DNA from: an uncultured Gammaproteobacteria bacterium
GTDB taxonomy: Bacteria; Patescibacteriota; Patescibacteriia; UBA11705; JABHMO01
Direction of reading: 5' to 3'
Assembly (NCBI GenBank): GCA_964590105.1
Contig: CAZPYM010000002.1
Location: forward strand, 154,697-218,696
DNA length: 64,000 nucleotides
Shown: positions 25,243-35,087 of the stretch, one piece after another
How the letters are laid out: each line of letters begins with the position of its first letter
How positions within the stretch are numbered: position 1 is the first letter of the stretch
The notes under the pieces: generated by a model
Told to the model about the DNA's origin: nothing
Seen by the model: only the letters and a program-made list of their open reading frames with translations
The model's database searches: none
Program-made: the position numbers and the translations under genes

Positions 25243-26337
25243 TTATCTTCCTCTTATCGTTTCATTTATATTCCTTTTTTGCAAAAAACCCCAAACTTTC
25301 TCTGCATAATCCCTTTTTTGTTCAGGAGTAGCATTTTTAATGTATAAAATCCTGTTGCCGATATTTCCGTTTAAAACCATTGTAAAAAAAGCAACAAAAT
25401 CATCATGGGTTGGGTGAGTTTTTTGAATTTCACCGATTACTTTTTTATCATCTGCTGTTTGCATTTCTTCCAGTTCAAGAAGACCCTCAACCCTGTCATA
25501 AAAGCTTTCAAGGACTTTATTTTCCCCATATATTTCAGTTTCAAGCTGGTGTGTAGCTTCGGAGGCTTCTTGATCGACCGCGATGCCAGTCGTATCAAAC
25601 TCTTTGTTTCCGTTCAATGCCGCTGCTACATTGCCTAAATATTGACGGCCAACAGCTTCTTTTGCTGGCATTGCAACAAAGTGAGAAAAAGTTGTATTCA
25701 CACCGTCGGCAAAATCTGCCTCTCTTGGGGTATATTCTTTGAGGCTACATTCAGTGGATGTTTCTGTGCCTTGATATCCTTCTAATGCTGTCCTTGGGAA
25801 TGTAAAAAAGAGATTATTGTTAGCGTCAAAATATGCCAGTGTGTCAGGCGACTGTTCTATAACTAAAAAAGCATGACCGGGCGCAGAAACAGCTACATGA
25901 TCAATCCCGTGTTCTTGTAAGAAAGTAGAGGCTATTAAAATTCTACCAGCACATTCTAGTTTCCCTTGCCTCATTGACTTAATCAATACTCCGTCCTTTG
26001 GTACATTTGGATCAGTCTGCTCCTCGTCCGAATCTCTTTTTAGTACTTTGAATAATTCGTGTGGCAGATTTTGCTGGTCAATTCCTTCAAGCTTTTTCTC
26101 AATTTGTTGGTATCGAGGCAATGATTTTGTTGCTTTTTTTAATTTTTCATTAAAATTATCTAGGTTCTCAGTTGATTCAATTTCAAGAGTATCCAAAACT
26201 GTGCTTTCAGTTTGTTTTCTTTTCTCTGGTGAGATTTCTTTTTGTACAACAGGTTGCTCAGCTTTTGGAATATCGGCAATAGGATTTTTTATTTGCTGTT
26301 CTGCTGTATCGGGATTTTTTGCATCTTCAATACCCAT
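25243..26337 (-). CDS. Hypothetical protein. Possible transglutaminase/papain-like Cys-His core.
   Basis: 364 aa. LECAGRILIAS...HVAVSAPGHAFLV...D spacing is suggestive only. Confidence 0.4.
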   Translation of the reverse strand: MGIEDAKNPDTAEQQIKNPIADIPKAEQPVVQKEISPEKRKQTESTVLDTLEIESTENLDNFNEKLKKATKSLPRYQQIEKKLEGIDQQNLPHELFKVLKRDSDEEQTDPNVPKDGVLIKSMRQGKLECAGRILIASTFLQEHGIDHVAVSAPGHAFLVIEQSPDTLAYFDANNNLFFTFPRTALEGYQGTETSTECSLKEYTPREADFADGVNTTFSHFVAMPAKEAVGRQYLGNVAAALNGNKEFDTTGIAVDQEASEATHQLETEIYGENKVLESFYDRVEGLLELEEMQTADDKKVIGEIQKTHPTHDDFVAFFTMVLNGNIGNRILYIKNATPEQKRDYAEKVWGFLQKRNINETIRGR

Positions 26338-26545
26338 ATTGATTGATTAAATCTGATAATTATATCATTTTTTGCTAAATAGAGCCATAAAAATTTAATG
26401 GCATTTCATATAACTTCTTTTATGCGAACAGGGTGAGTTCTGCGCTAAAAAAACACGTGTCCTCCGAAGCCTTGGCGAAGGGGGAATAAATAATTTGGTT
26501 ATCTTTATTCCAATAGTACCTTATGAGATTGGTTTAGTAAAGGCA

Positions 26546-26573
26546 CAAAAAAACACCCGAAAGGGTGTTTTTG
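26546..26573 (-). terminator. Intrinsic terminator downstream of recA (acacccgaaagggtgt with flanking A/T runs, bidirectional).
   Basis: Stem-loop plus T-run on both strands. Confidence 0.6.
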
Positions 26574-26593
26574 TATTGAATTAATCAAGGTTA

Positions 26594-27634
26594 TTATTGA
26601 TAAGCAGCGTTTTCTTCTTTTCTCTTTTGCGTCACCGCCGTCCAGATTTCCTTTTTTATTTTATCCATAAGCTTTGGGTTTTGCCGCAGATAGAGCTTGG
26701 CGGTTTCTCGGCCAACGCCCAGTTTTTCTTCGCCGTAAGAATATGAATTGCCGGCCTTGTCAATAATATCGTATTTCAGTCCGGTATCAATAACATCGCC
26801 GGAAATTGAAATGCCTTCATTATACATGATGTCAAATTCGCAGGCCTGAAACGGAGCGGCGACTTTGTTTTTTACCACTTTTGCCTTGACGCGGTTGCCG
26901 ATGGTGACTTCGCCTTTTTTAATCTGCGCGGCCCGGCGAACTTCAATCCTGACAGAGCTATAAAATTTGAGTGCCATGCCGCCGGTGGTTGTTTCCGGAT
27001 TGCCGAAAAATACGCCGATCTTTTGTCTAGTCTGATTGATAAATATTACTGTTGTCTTGGTTTTGCCGACAATGGCGGCCAGTTTTCGGAGCGCCTGGCT
27101 CATTAATCTGGCTTGAAGCCCCATGTGGCGGTCGCCCATTTCGCCTTCAATTTCAGCCTTTGGCGTTAAGGCGGCGACTGAATCAATTACGATTATATCC
27201 ATAGCGTTCGAGCGGACCAAAGTTTCAACTATTTCGAGCGCCTGCTCGCCGGTGTCCGGCTGGGAAATAAACATTTGATTGATGTCAATGCCGATTTTTT
27301 TGGAATAATCAGGATCAAGCGCGTGTTCGGCGTCAATAAAAGCGGCCGTACCCCCAGCTTTTTGCACTTCAGCTACAATATGCTGGGAAAGGGTTGTTTT
27401 GCCGGACGATTCTGGCCCATAGATTTCAATAATTCTACCGCGCGGCACGCCGCCGACTCCGAGCGCAATATCAAGAGAGATACTGCCGGTGGGAATAGCT
27501 TCCACGTTCATAGCTTGGGCTTCCCCCAGTCTCATAATGGCGCCGTCCCCGAATTTTTCCCTTATTTGCATAATCGCGTCTTCGGTGGCCTTGACTTTTT
27601 GGGTCTGTTCGTTTTCAGGCTGATTTTTTGACAT
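26594..27634 (-). CDS. recA: Recombinase RecA.
   Basis: 346 aa. GPESSGKTT Walker A and highly conserved RecA core. Confidence 0.97.
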   Translation of the reverse strand: MSKNQPENEQTQKVKATEDAIMQIREKFGDGAIMRLGEAQAMNVEAIPTGSISLDIALGVGGVPRGRIIEIYGPESSGKTTLSQHIVAEVQKAGGTAAFIDAEHALDPDYSKKIGIDINQMFISQPDTGEQALEIVETLVRSNAMDIIVIDSVAALTPKAEIEGEMGDRHMGLQARLMSQALRKLAAIVGKTKTTVIFINQTRQKIGVFFGNPETTTGGMALKFYSSVRIEVRRAAQIKKGEVTIGNRVKAKVVKNKVAAPFQACEFDIMYNEGISISGDVIDTGLKYDIIDKAGNSYSYGEEKLGVGRETAKLYLRQNPKLMDKIKKEIWTAVTQKRKEENAAYQ

Positions 27635-27710
27635 ATTTGCTTTTCAGAAAATTAAGCATGGAACCTTTTCTGAAAAATTAATTGAGTATTGTTTTTTAGA
27701 AAAACCAGGA

Positions 27711-28409
27711 TTATTGAGCTTCTTCCGAAACAATCACTTGCCGATAGGCCACCTGTTCCTTGCTGTGTTTCTTCTGCGCTGATATTTTAATGATATTTAA
27801 ACCTTTTTGCAAATCAATGATTAGAGTGAAATTGCCCTGGTCGTCACTGAGTAGCGGGCGGTTGTTTATTTCGAGGCGCACTTCTTTTTCGGTTTGGCCT
27901 TGTATTTTTATCTGATGTTCGCTGGTAACAAAATTATCCGAAGGCGAAATGATGATCAATTCAGGCGGAGAAATTATTTTGTTCACTTCGAGGCCGATGT
28001 AGACGAAAACCGACAGGAGAATCAGGAAGATAATAAAATATTTAATGGTCCTGGGATTTAAAAATCGGTTCATTAATTGGTAAAAAGCAGATATGGTGTT
28101 TTTTTCTTTTTGTTTCTGTGTTTTGTAAAACAGATTTTTTTCTTTTTCGTACAGATCCATGACTGTGGCCGGATTGAGTCCAAGCAGATTGGCGTAGCTT
28201 TTTAAAATGTTTGCCGCATAGACATCGGCCGGCATTGATTGGTAATTATCAGCCTCCAGATAAGTCAGGTAGCGGACATTGATATTTATCATTTTGGCGG
28301 CTTTTTCTTTTGACAGTCCGATGCTATGCCGATGGTGCCGCAGTTTTTCTCCAAGGGTTTGAATGGTATTAATTTTTTTGCTGATAAATCCGGTCATAAA
28401 CAGTGGCAA
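27711..28409 (-). CDS. RodZ-like HTH (XRE) membrane protein.
   Basis: N-terminal HTH (LGEKLRHHRHSIGLSKEKAAKMININVRYLTYLE), a single TM and a C-terminal beta-rich domain. Confidence 0.55.
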   Translation of the reverse strand: MPLFMTGFISKKINTIQTLGEKLRHHRHSIGLSKEKAAKMININVRYLTYLEADNYQSMPADVYAANILKSYANLLGLNPATVMDLYEKEKNLFYKTQKQKEKNTISAFYQLMNRFLNPRTIKYFIIFLILLSVFVYIGLEVNKIISPPELIIISPSDNFVTSEHQIKIQGQTEKEVRLEINNRPLLSDDQGNFTLIIDLQKGLNIIKISAQKKHSKEQVAYRQVIVSEEAQ

Positions 28410-28446
28410 TCTATTTTATGCTTTTGTCTTTTGAAAACGCAAAGTC

Positions 28447-30891
28447 TTAATAAATTTCTTCGTCATCAGTTTGTCGAGGCGGTAAAGTTTTTTTCTTTTC
28501 CGATTCTTCGTCTTCGTTGTTATCATCATCTTCTTCGCCAAGTTCCGCTGTCTCATCTTCTTGAATATCCGCTGTTTCAGGTTCAGGTTCTTCTGTCGTA
28601 TCTTCTTGACCGGTCTCTGCTTCGTTTTCTTGTTCTTCTTCATAATCCGCCGGGGATTCGATATCATCAATTGATTCATTTTCAAAGCTGTTGTCAATTT
28701 CTTCTTCTTCGCTTTCTTCTTCATGAGTTGGTTCGTCCTCTTCTATTGCGTCATCAAAGTCAGAAGACGAGGATGATGATTTGTCGAGCAAAATATCTCG
28801 CGGTCTGGCGCCGTCCGCCGGGCCGACAATTCCCGCTTCTTCCATCAAATCAATCAGACGCGCGGCGCGCGCATAGCCGATTCTGAGTCTTCTCTGCAAT
28901 AGAGAAGCGGAAGCTTTGCCGGACTGCACTACCACTGATTTGGCTTCATTAAACAGATCATCGTCTCCGCCGCCTTTGAAATCAAAACTGGTCGGACTGC
29001 TGGGTTTGCTGGTGATTTCAACCTGATAGTCCGCTTCATTATTGCAGGCTTGTTTTAGAAAGTTCACCACGCGTTTGATTTCGTCATCGCTTACAAAAGC
29101 GCCCTGGAGACGGCGAGGTTTTGATGTTTGCGGAGTCATGAAAAGCATGTCACCCTTGCCAACGAGTTTTTCCGCTCCGGAGCTGTCCAATATTGTGCGC
29201 GAATCCATAAGGGAAGCCACGCTAAAAGCAATTCGACAGGGAATATTGGCCTTGATCAGGCCGGTGATGACATCTACTGACGGTCTTTGTGTTGCGACGA
29301 CCAGATGGATGCCAATGGCGCGAGCCATTTGAGTTAAGCGAATGATACAGCCCTCTACTTCAGCTGAAGCCGCGACCATTAAGTCCGCCAACTCGTCGAT
29401 AATAATTACGATATAAGGCATTTTTTCTTTGGCTGTCAAATTGTAGCTCGCAATATTGCGTTTCTTGTTTTTAGCAAGAATATCGAAACGTTTATCCATT
29501 TCGCTGATCGCCCAGCGCAGAGCATAGACTGTTTTTGTTACATCGGTAATGACCGGCGTCAGTAAGTGTGGGATGCCGTTGTAAATCGGGAATTCAACTC
29601 TTTTAGGATCAACAAGAATGAGCCGCATGGTGTCGGGATTGTTTTGATATAGCAAACTCATGATGATGGCGTTCAGGCAAACGCTTTTTCCGGATCCCGT
29701 GGCGCCGGCTACAAGCAAATGGGGCATTTGGCCAATGTCATCAACCCAGCATTTGCCGCTGACGTCTTTGCCAAGGGCGATAGTTAAATTGGTTTTACGA
29801 TTTTTAAATGACGGAGCTTCTAATATTTCTCTAACGCGTACAATAGCCGGTTTTTGGTTTGGAACTTCTACGCCGACCAGAGATTTGCCAGGTATCGGAG
29901 CTTCAATTCTAATCGGATGCGCGGCCATTGCCAGAGCCAGATCATTATTCAGCGCCGTGATTTTAGAAAGCTTAACTCCCTCGGCCGGCTTCAAAGTATA
30001 TTGAGTAACGGTTGGGCCGACCTGAACGGCGCCCATTTCAACTGGAATGTGAAAATTTTCCAGGGTCCGCTGAATTCTTTCCGTCCCGAGTTTTATGTCT
30101 CCGCTTGTTGGTTTTGATTTTCTGTTGTCAAGAAGACCAATCGGCAGGTCTATTTTTATTTTTGGATTGCGAATGCTGGGCGATGTTTCAGCTGATTCCT
30201 TGGATAATAATGATTTGGCAGTAAATTTTACATCCTGGACTTTTGTCTGCTTGTTATCTTCTTCATAGGTAGCTGTCTCGTTTTCATCTTCAATTTCCTC
30301 TTCTTCCTCGTCATCTTCAGGGTTTTCCGGGTTTTGATTTTTACTAAAGGGGAGTTGAAGCGCCTTGAAGACATTAGTTTTTGCAAATAGCGATTCAATG
30401 CTCGTATTGAACATTAATAGTGCGCTGGTTAATAAAAGGCCGATTAAAATAATAAGACCGGCCCAAAAACCAAGATAAAGAATCAGCGGATAGCTAATCA
30501 GGTAACCAACGATACCGCCGCCCAGCCCGCTAAAAGTTAATTCAAATGAATTATTAAAAGGAAGTTTTAAATGTAGAAGGCCGTGGATTACTAGAAAAAA
30601 TAAAATTGTTCCTATGTAATTTGAAATTGAAACATGATATTGACTTGGTCTTGCCAGAACATAACCAAGCCCAATTAAAATAAGGGGAACAATAAATCTT
30701 CCCCAGCCAAAGGCAATGCCAAAAGCCCAGTCAATATAAATTCCGGCAGTGCCCGCAACGCCCAGAAAACTCAGGACGCTGATTATTGCGACAATAAATA
30801 AAAACACGATTACAATGCCTTTTTTTGTTTCAGGGCTCAAGCTATAGTATTCAACTTCCTGATAGCGGCGCCTGTTTTTTCTTCTAGCCAT
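28447..30891 (-). CDS. ftsK: DNA translocase FtsK/SpoIIIE with ~110 aa hyper-acidic C-terminal extension after the gamma domain.
   Basis: 4-5 N-terminal TMs. Motor domain with GATGSGKS Walker A. Winged-helix gamma domain (LLQRRLRIGYARAARLID). Then an E/D-rich tail. Confidence 0.9.
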   Translation of the reverse strand: MARRKNRRRYQEVEYYSLSPETKKGIVIVFLFIVAIISVLSFLGVAGTAGIYIDWAFGIAFGWGRFIVPLILIGLGYVLARPSQYHVSISNYIGTILFFLVIHGLLHLKLPFNNSFELTFSGLGGGIVGYLISYPLILYLGFWAGLIILIGLLLTSALLMFNTSIESLFAKTNVFKALQLPFSKNQNPENPEDDEEEEEIEDENETATYEEDNKQTKVQDVKFTAKSLLSKESAETSPSIRNPKIKIDLPIGLLDNRKSKPTSGDIKLGTERIQRTLENFHIPVEMGAVQVGPTVTQYTLKPAEGVKLSKITALNNDLALAMAAHPIRIEAPIPGKSLVGVEVPNQKPAIVRVREILEAPSFKNRKTNLTIALGKDVSGKCWVDDIGQMPHLLVAGATGSGKSVCLNAIIMSLLYQNNPDTMRLILVDPKRVEFPIYNGIPHLLTPVITDVTKTVYALRWAISEMDKRFDILAKNKKRNIASYNLTAKEKMPYIVIIIDELADLMVAASAEVEGCIIRLTQMARAIGIHLVVATQRPSVDVITGLIKANIPCRIAFSVASLMDSRTILDSSGAEKLVGKGDMLFMTPQTSKPRRLQGAFVSDDEIKRVVNFLKQACNNEADYQVEITSKPSSPTSFDFKGGGDDDLFNEAKSVVVQSGKASASLLQRRLRIGYARAARLIDLMEEAGIVGPADGARPRDILLDKSSSSSSDFDDAIEEDEPTHEEESEEEEIDNSFENESIDDIESPADYEEEQENEAETGQEDTTEEPEPETADIQEDETAELGEEDDDNNEDEESEKKKTLPPRQTDDEEIY

Positions 30892-30985
30892 TTTGTTTGT
30901 TTAGAACTCAAAGACCCGAGATCTTTTGGCCTTATTGATCTTTTATTTTTATGTTTCTTCTATTCATTATTTTATCATACGGAGT

Positions 30986-31124
30986 TACAGATGTACAGAT
31001 TTTGGGGTCAGATATACAGATTTAGATCGTACAGATTGTACAGATTGAAGGTAGGCAAGGAACAAAGAAAAACTTCCAGAGCTAACCTTTATCCAACAGA
31101 TCTGTATAATCTGTATATCTGTGC
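30986..31124. repeat. Array of TACAGAT heptamers: 5 direct copies, the 10-bp palindrome ACAGATCTGT and 2 inverted copies.
   Basis: The heptamer count above, all within ~140 bp, 95-230 nt upstream of the ftsK start. Confidence 0.7.
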
Positions 31125-31136
31125 CATTTTAAAAAA

Positions 31137-31171
31137 CAAAGGGGGATGGCTCACACGGAGCCACCCCCTTT
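31137..31171. other. Strong hairpin aaagggggatggctc-acac-ggagccaccccctttg.
   Basis: 14-bp stem with one mismatch. No clear U-run. Confidence 0.4.
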
Positions 31172-31206
31172 GAAATTTAGGAGAGTTTTAGAAAAACCCC
31201 CCAAAT

Positions 31207-31406
31207 GAGTAGACAATTTTTCCGCAAGAAAGATTGAAAGATCAATTTATGTGTGCGGAAAAAGAGGAGAGAGATTCCCTCCAGGGGAATTTGTCTACTC
31301 GTTTCGAGGGTAAAAATAATTTGCAGAAAAGTGATGAGGAGGGCGTACGAGCTCATATTTGTTTATGAATTGTAGCCCAGCTTCTCTCCTCATCAGTTTT
31401 CTGCAA
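31207..31406. other. Structured AT-rich block with two long inverted-repeat pairs. MITE-like element or structured ncRNA candidate.
   Basis: Outer IR gagtagacaa(31207)/ttgtctactc(31291). Second IR ttgcagaaaagtgatgaggag(31321)/ctcctcatcagttttctgcaa(31386). Smaller hairpins inside. Confidence 0.3.
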
Positions 31407-31862
31407 ATCAGATTATTTATCAGCAAGAGGATGTAGAAGATAAATTACCGGATCGGACGGGCATAAATAAATATATAATTTAATAATTCCCTTGATCCGG
31501 CGTGTTGATGATAGAGTTGGGCCGACGATTTGGCGCGAGCCAAGCTGTTAGCCGCAATTCTTTTTCTCTCTCCTCCTACATCATTTTGCTGATAAAATGT
31601 TTATGCTTATTTTAATGAACTTAGTATTATAGCACATATTGAAAATCTTGTCAATAGGCGATGAATCGTTAGAGTGTTTATAGCTAAAATTAAACTAAAT
31701 AAAGTGTTATTGATTTATAGCAATATAAAGATAATTTGACAATTCATTTTTTTTGTATTATTCTATGTTGTGATATAGGTAATAAATTATCAAGCAGGAT
31801 TATTCCGGTTAAAATATTAGTAATTGTTTTGACCAATATAATCTTGTTTAGCTTCATTCTAT

Positions 31863-32435
31863 ATGTATTTAATACCAACTGTTATTGAAAAGTCTCATTA
31901 CGGCGAACGCGCTTATGATATATATTCACGTTTGCTGAAAGAACGAATTATTTTTATCGGCACGCCAATTGACGATCAAGTCGCCAATGCAGTAATCGCT
32001 CAACTTCTGTATTTGGAAAGTGAAGATCCGAAAAAGGACATTAAAATTTATATTAATACCCCCGGCGGATCAGTGACAGCCGGGCTCGCGATTTACGATA
32101 CAATGCAGTACATCAAGCCTGACGTGGTTACCATTTGCGTGGGCATGGCGGCGAGCATGGGATCAGTGCTTTTGACTGCCGGTGCCAAGGGCAAGCGCTA
32201 CGCCCTGCCGAATTCAAAAGTAATGATTCATCAGGTAATGGGCGGCACGCAGGGACAGGCGAGCGATATCAAAATACAAGCGGAAGAGATTTTGAAAGTA
32301 AAAGATAATTTGAATAAAATTTTAGCCAAGCATACCGGACATTCGCTCGAAAAAATTGAAAAAGATTCAGATCGCGATTATTACATGACAGCGGAAGACG
32401 CGAAAAAGTATGGCTTGATTGATAAAATAATTTAA
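31863..32435 (+). CDS. clpP: ATP-dependent Clp protease proteolytic subunit ClpP.
   Basis: 190 aa. Ser-His-Asp context ([12 protein letters not shown]). High conservation. Confidence 0.93.
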   Translation: MYLIPTVIEKSHYGERAYDIYSRLLKERIIFIGTPIDDQVANAVIAQLLYLESEDPKKDIKIYINTPGGSVTAGLAIYDTMQYIKPDVVTICVGMAASMGSVLLTAGAKGKRYALPNSKVMIHQVMGGTQGQASDIKIQAEEILKVKDNLNKILAKHTGHSLEKIEKDSDRDYYMTAEDAKKYGLIDKII

Positions 32436-32448
32436 CTTCAGAAATAAA

Positions 32449-32483
32449 AAAAGAAAGCCGTTTGAATAAGCTTTCTTTTTTTG
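32449..32483 (+). terminator. Intrinsic terminator after clpP.
   Basis: aaagaaagccgtttgaataagctttcttttttt. Confidence 0.65.
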
Positions 32484-32659
32484 TCGGCGAATGATTCAGG
32501 CAACTGTCTTGTGCATAAACTATGGATAAGGTCTGAATAAGTTTAGCCTGGCTGGAAGTATCAAACTTTGGTATAATAATAGTAGTAGAAGAAGATGAGT
32601 GGTTATCATTATGAAGAGTGTCTGTAAATTTAGCAAAATTCAATAATTGTTGTCAGCTA

Positions 32660-32862
32660 TTGACAAAATTAATAGAGTCTGCTAAGATATATAGTCAGCT
32701 GTTATTGACTAATGTTACCGGATGGGATACATTAATATGAAAACCCCTTTTAATGGACAGACACGACAAGCATGGGATTTTTACTTTAGGTAAAATCAGG
32801 CTTCGCGCTCGATTTCGCCTGAGTAAAAATTTCTTGTCTGTCCGTTAAAGAGGGTTTTTTTA
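32660..32862 (+). ncRNA. Candidate small RNA: promoter TTGACA-17-TAAGAT (32660-32688), then a ~165-nt long imperfect hairpin ending in a U-run.
   Basis: Arms aaaaccccttttaatggacagacacgacaag / cttgtctgtccgttaaagagggttttttt with internal hairpins. Only an 18-codon ORF inside. Confidence 0.3.
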
Positions 32863-32866
32863 ATTC

Positions 32867-32900
32867 AAAAAAAACAGAGGAAATTTCTCTGTTTTTTTTA
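32867..32900. terminator. Bidirectional terminator (A-run, cagaggaaatttctctg, T-run) downstream of the VanW gene.
   Basis: Perfect 6-bp stem flanked by A8/T8. Confidence 0.6.
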
Positions 32901-32907
32901 TTGCAAT

Positions 32908-34842
32908 TTATTCCGGTTCTGTTGCCTGTTTGTCTGCTTCTTCACTATCAGCGTCAGTTGCGGCTTGTTCTTCGTTTGCCTGTTTCTCAAGTTCTAATTT
33001 TGCTTCTAATTCTTTTTGTTCGGGATCCACACCGACCAACCAAACTTCTTGCCAGGGAACATAGTGGCTGGACCAGGTAATTTTTTCCGGCTCTTGGCCT
33101 GTCTTTGTTATGTATTGATAGAAAACCGTATCAGCTCCATTGTGAGCATGTTCAGTTAGCTTTTTCTGGCCGGGCGCCAGTTCAGTGGTTTCGATTTCTT
33201 TGGCCGGGCCGGGCGTGGTGATATTAAAAATAGTCGGTTTCAAATATTTAACATTGGTGACCGAAGTTTGTCCTTCAAAGCTGACCTTGCGGCCGTCTTT
33301 TGTTCCCCAAAATTCAAACAATAAATTATTGCCCCAAATTTTGGACTGAATTAAAATGTAATTTTCAGTGTCATTGATGAATCTTACGTCCGGCCAGGGA
33401 TCGTAAACAGTGGCATCAGTTCCCGCTGGTTCGTAATAGCCGACTCGATAAGAATGATTACGTCGGGCAGTTATTTTTACTCCTGTTTGCAAGGCGGCCC
33501 GGAAAACGGTGGTGCCGATTTGACACAGCCCGCCGCCATATTCCGGAATTGTTGCATTCTTTTTTATAACTAATTCAGGTTTATAACCGCTTTGGCTGTC
33601 AACTTCGCCCAAAGTTTTCATAAGGGAAAACTCAGCGCCCGGTTCGATTAAAACACCATTCAGCGATGCGGCCCCGACGCCAATGTTGTGTATTCGGTTT
33701 TGCGGACTGCCGGAAAAATCTGACCAGCCGGAGCCGATCAGTTCTTTGATTCCGAGCTCATTGGTGCTGGCAACGGATATTTTCGGCTCAGTAATATTTA
33801 CGGTTAATTCAATCTCGTTGCTTTTTTCTTTTAATATTTTTTGTCTGGCAATTTCAAGGCTGTTTTCAATGTCAAGCGCTAGGCCTTTTTGGCTGGCTTG
33901 GAATTCAGTGACGCGGCTGTCTTTGATTTGAAGTTTGGCGTCTGCCGCCGGCTGATTAATCTTTTGCGCGATAGCCTCCATTTGGCCTCGAAGCATTTCG
34001 TCGTTTAAAATAATTGCAGGTTGTTCGTCGTCATTCAATCCAAGCCCGAGCCAGCGGGCATAATCTTCCCAGGTGACTGTCCAAGTTTCCTCTTTGTATT
34101 TAAATTTAATTTCCGGGATTAAAAGCAGGTCTTCAATAGTTGCCCTTTGCGACAGGGCCATTTCTTGGGTGATTTTTGGTTTTGCGTCACTGCGCGCTAA
34201 ATGCATTTTTGGATTTTCGAGTTTTTTGATTGAAGATTCCAGTGATTCAATTGCTTCGCTGAAATTAAATGTCTGACCAGCTTGCGGCGGAGAAAATGAT
34301 AATTCGTAAAGGTGTTGTTCCTTGTTAGTAATATTCAAAGCAATCTGTGCGTCTATGGGAAGTTTTTCCAAAATAAGAAATTCAGATTGCAGTTTTTGTC
34401 TGAGCAATGTTTTGTCGAATTGATAATCAAGCGGAATTTGTTTTTTTATAATGGGGAAAACTAATGTTTTGACGTATTTTTTTATGATTTTGTTGGCGTG
34501 GCCCTGGTTGAAAGCTTTTTCCACCAGACTGTCCAGGTTGAGGCTTAGAATTTCATTGTTCTGGTTTTCGATTTGTTTTTCTTCGTTTTCAAAATCAAAA
34601 GTAAATCCCTGACCGTAAACTTGTTTAAATTTTCCGCTGATAATATTCTGCGCCTGCGTTTTGGTCAGCCCGCCGACATAAACGTTGTCAATCATTATGC
34701 CGGGATAAATTTTGTTTTCATATTTATAAGCTAGCGCCGCCGCCGCGCCAATCAGCAGTAGGAAGATAATAAAAAAAATGGATAGGATTATGACTAACCA
34801 TTTTACAATCGGCTTGGAGGGCTTTTTGATCAGTGCTTCCAT
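32908..34842 (-). CDS. VanW family protein with N-terminal TM anchor.
   Basis: C-terminal region ...IPEYGGGLCQIGTTVFRAALQTG... typical of the VanW domain. Start taken at the internal Met to abut the upstream gene. Confidence 0.75.
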   Translation of the reverse strand: MEALIKKPSKPIVKWLVIILSIFFIIFLLLIGAAAALAYKYENKIYPGIMIDNVYVGGLTKTQAQNIISGKFKQVYGQGFTFDFENEEKQIENQNNEILSLNLDSLVEKAFNQGHANKIIKKYVKTLVFPIIKKQIPLDYQFDKTLLRQKLQSEFLILEKLPIDAQIALNITNKEQHLYELSFSPPQAGQTFNFSEAIESLESSIKKLENPKMHLARSDAKPKITQEMALSQRATIEDLLLIPEIKFKYKEETWTVTWEDYARWLGLGLNDDEQPAIILNDEMLRGQMEAIAQKINQPAADAKLQIKDSRVTEFQASQKGLALDIENSLEIARQKILKEKSNEIELTVNITEPKISVASTNELGIKELIGSGWSDFSGSPQNRIHNIGVGAASLNGVLIEPGAEFSLMKTLGEVDSQSGYKPELVIKKNATIPEYGGGLCQIGTTVFRAALQTGVKITARRNHSYRVGYYEPAGTDATVYDPWPDVRFINDTENYILIQSKIWGNNLLFEFWGTKDGRKVSFEGQTSVTNVKYLKPTIFNITTPGPAKEIETTELAPGQKKLTEHAHNGADTVFYQYITKTGQEPEKITWSSHYVPWQEVWLVGVDPEQKELEAKLELEKQANEEQAATDADSEEADKQATEPE

Positions 34843-34843
34843 A

Positions 34844-35065
34844 TTATTCGTTTTGCAGGATTTCATTGAGCACGTCCCTGGCTAACGTTTCCTGGCTTTC
34901 TGTTTTTGAACGATTCGGGAGCAAGGAAATTTCAAGAGCTTGTCCGGCCAAAGAATTTTTCGGCAACGCATTGATGGGTACGAATAATTTTTGGCTATCT
35001 TCGAAGATCAGAACGGCTTTGTCCTCTTCAATGCGATCAATTGTGGCTTGGATATTTTTTGGCAT
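34844..35065 (-). CDS. DUF3006-like small protein.
   Basis: 73 aa. IDRIEEDKAVLIFEDSQKLFVPINALPKNSLAGQALEISL matches the DUF3006 pattern. Family call from memory. Confidence 0.45.
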   Translation of the reverse strand: MPKNIQATIDRIEEDKAVLIFEDSQKLFVPINALPKNSLAGQALEISLLPNRSKTESQETLARDVLNEILQNE

Positions 35066-35087
35066 AGGTTCCGCTGTTTATTTTATT

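Noticed and set aside
28326-28886. 186-aa + ORF and a 102-aa Lys-rich minus ORF.
   Set aside because: Both overlap the acidic tail region of ftsK. They are frame-shifted readings of GAA-rich low-complexity sequence.
31200-31860. Looked for tmRNA, SRP RNA, RNase P RNA or tRNA signatures (GGUUCGAAUCC T-arm, ANDENYALAA tag frame, GGAAGCAGCCAAGG) in the long ftsK-clpP spacer and elsewhere.
   Set aside because: No conserved motifs found by eye. The structured blocks are reported only as unclassified candidates. No tRNA or rRNA was detected anywhere in the window.
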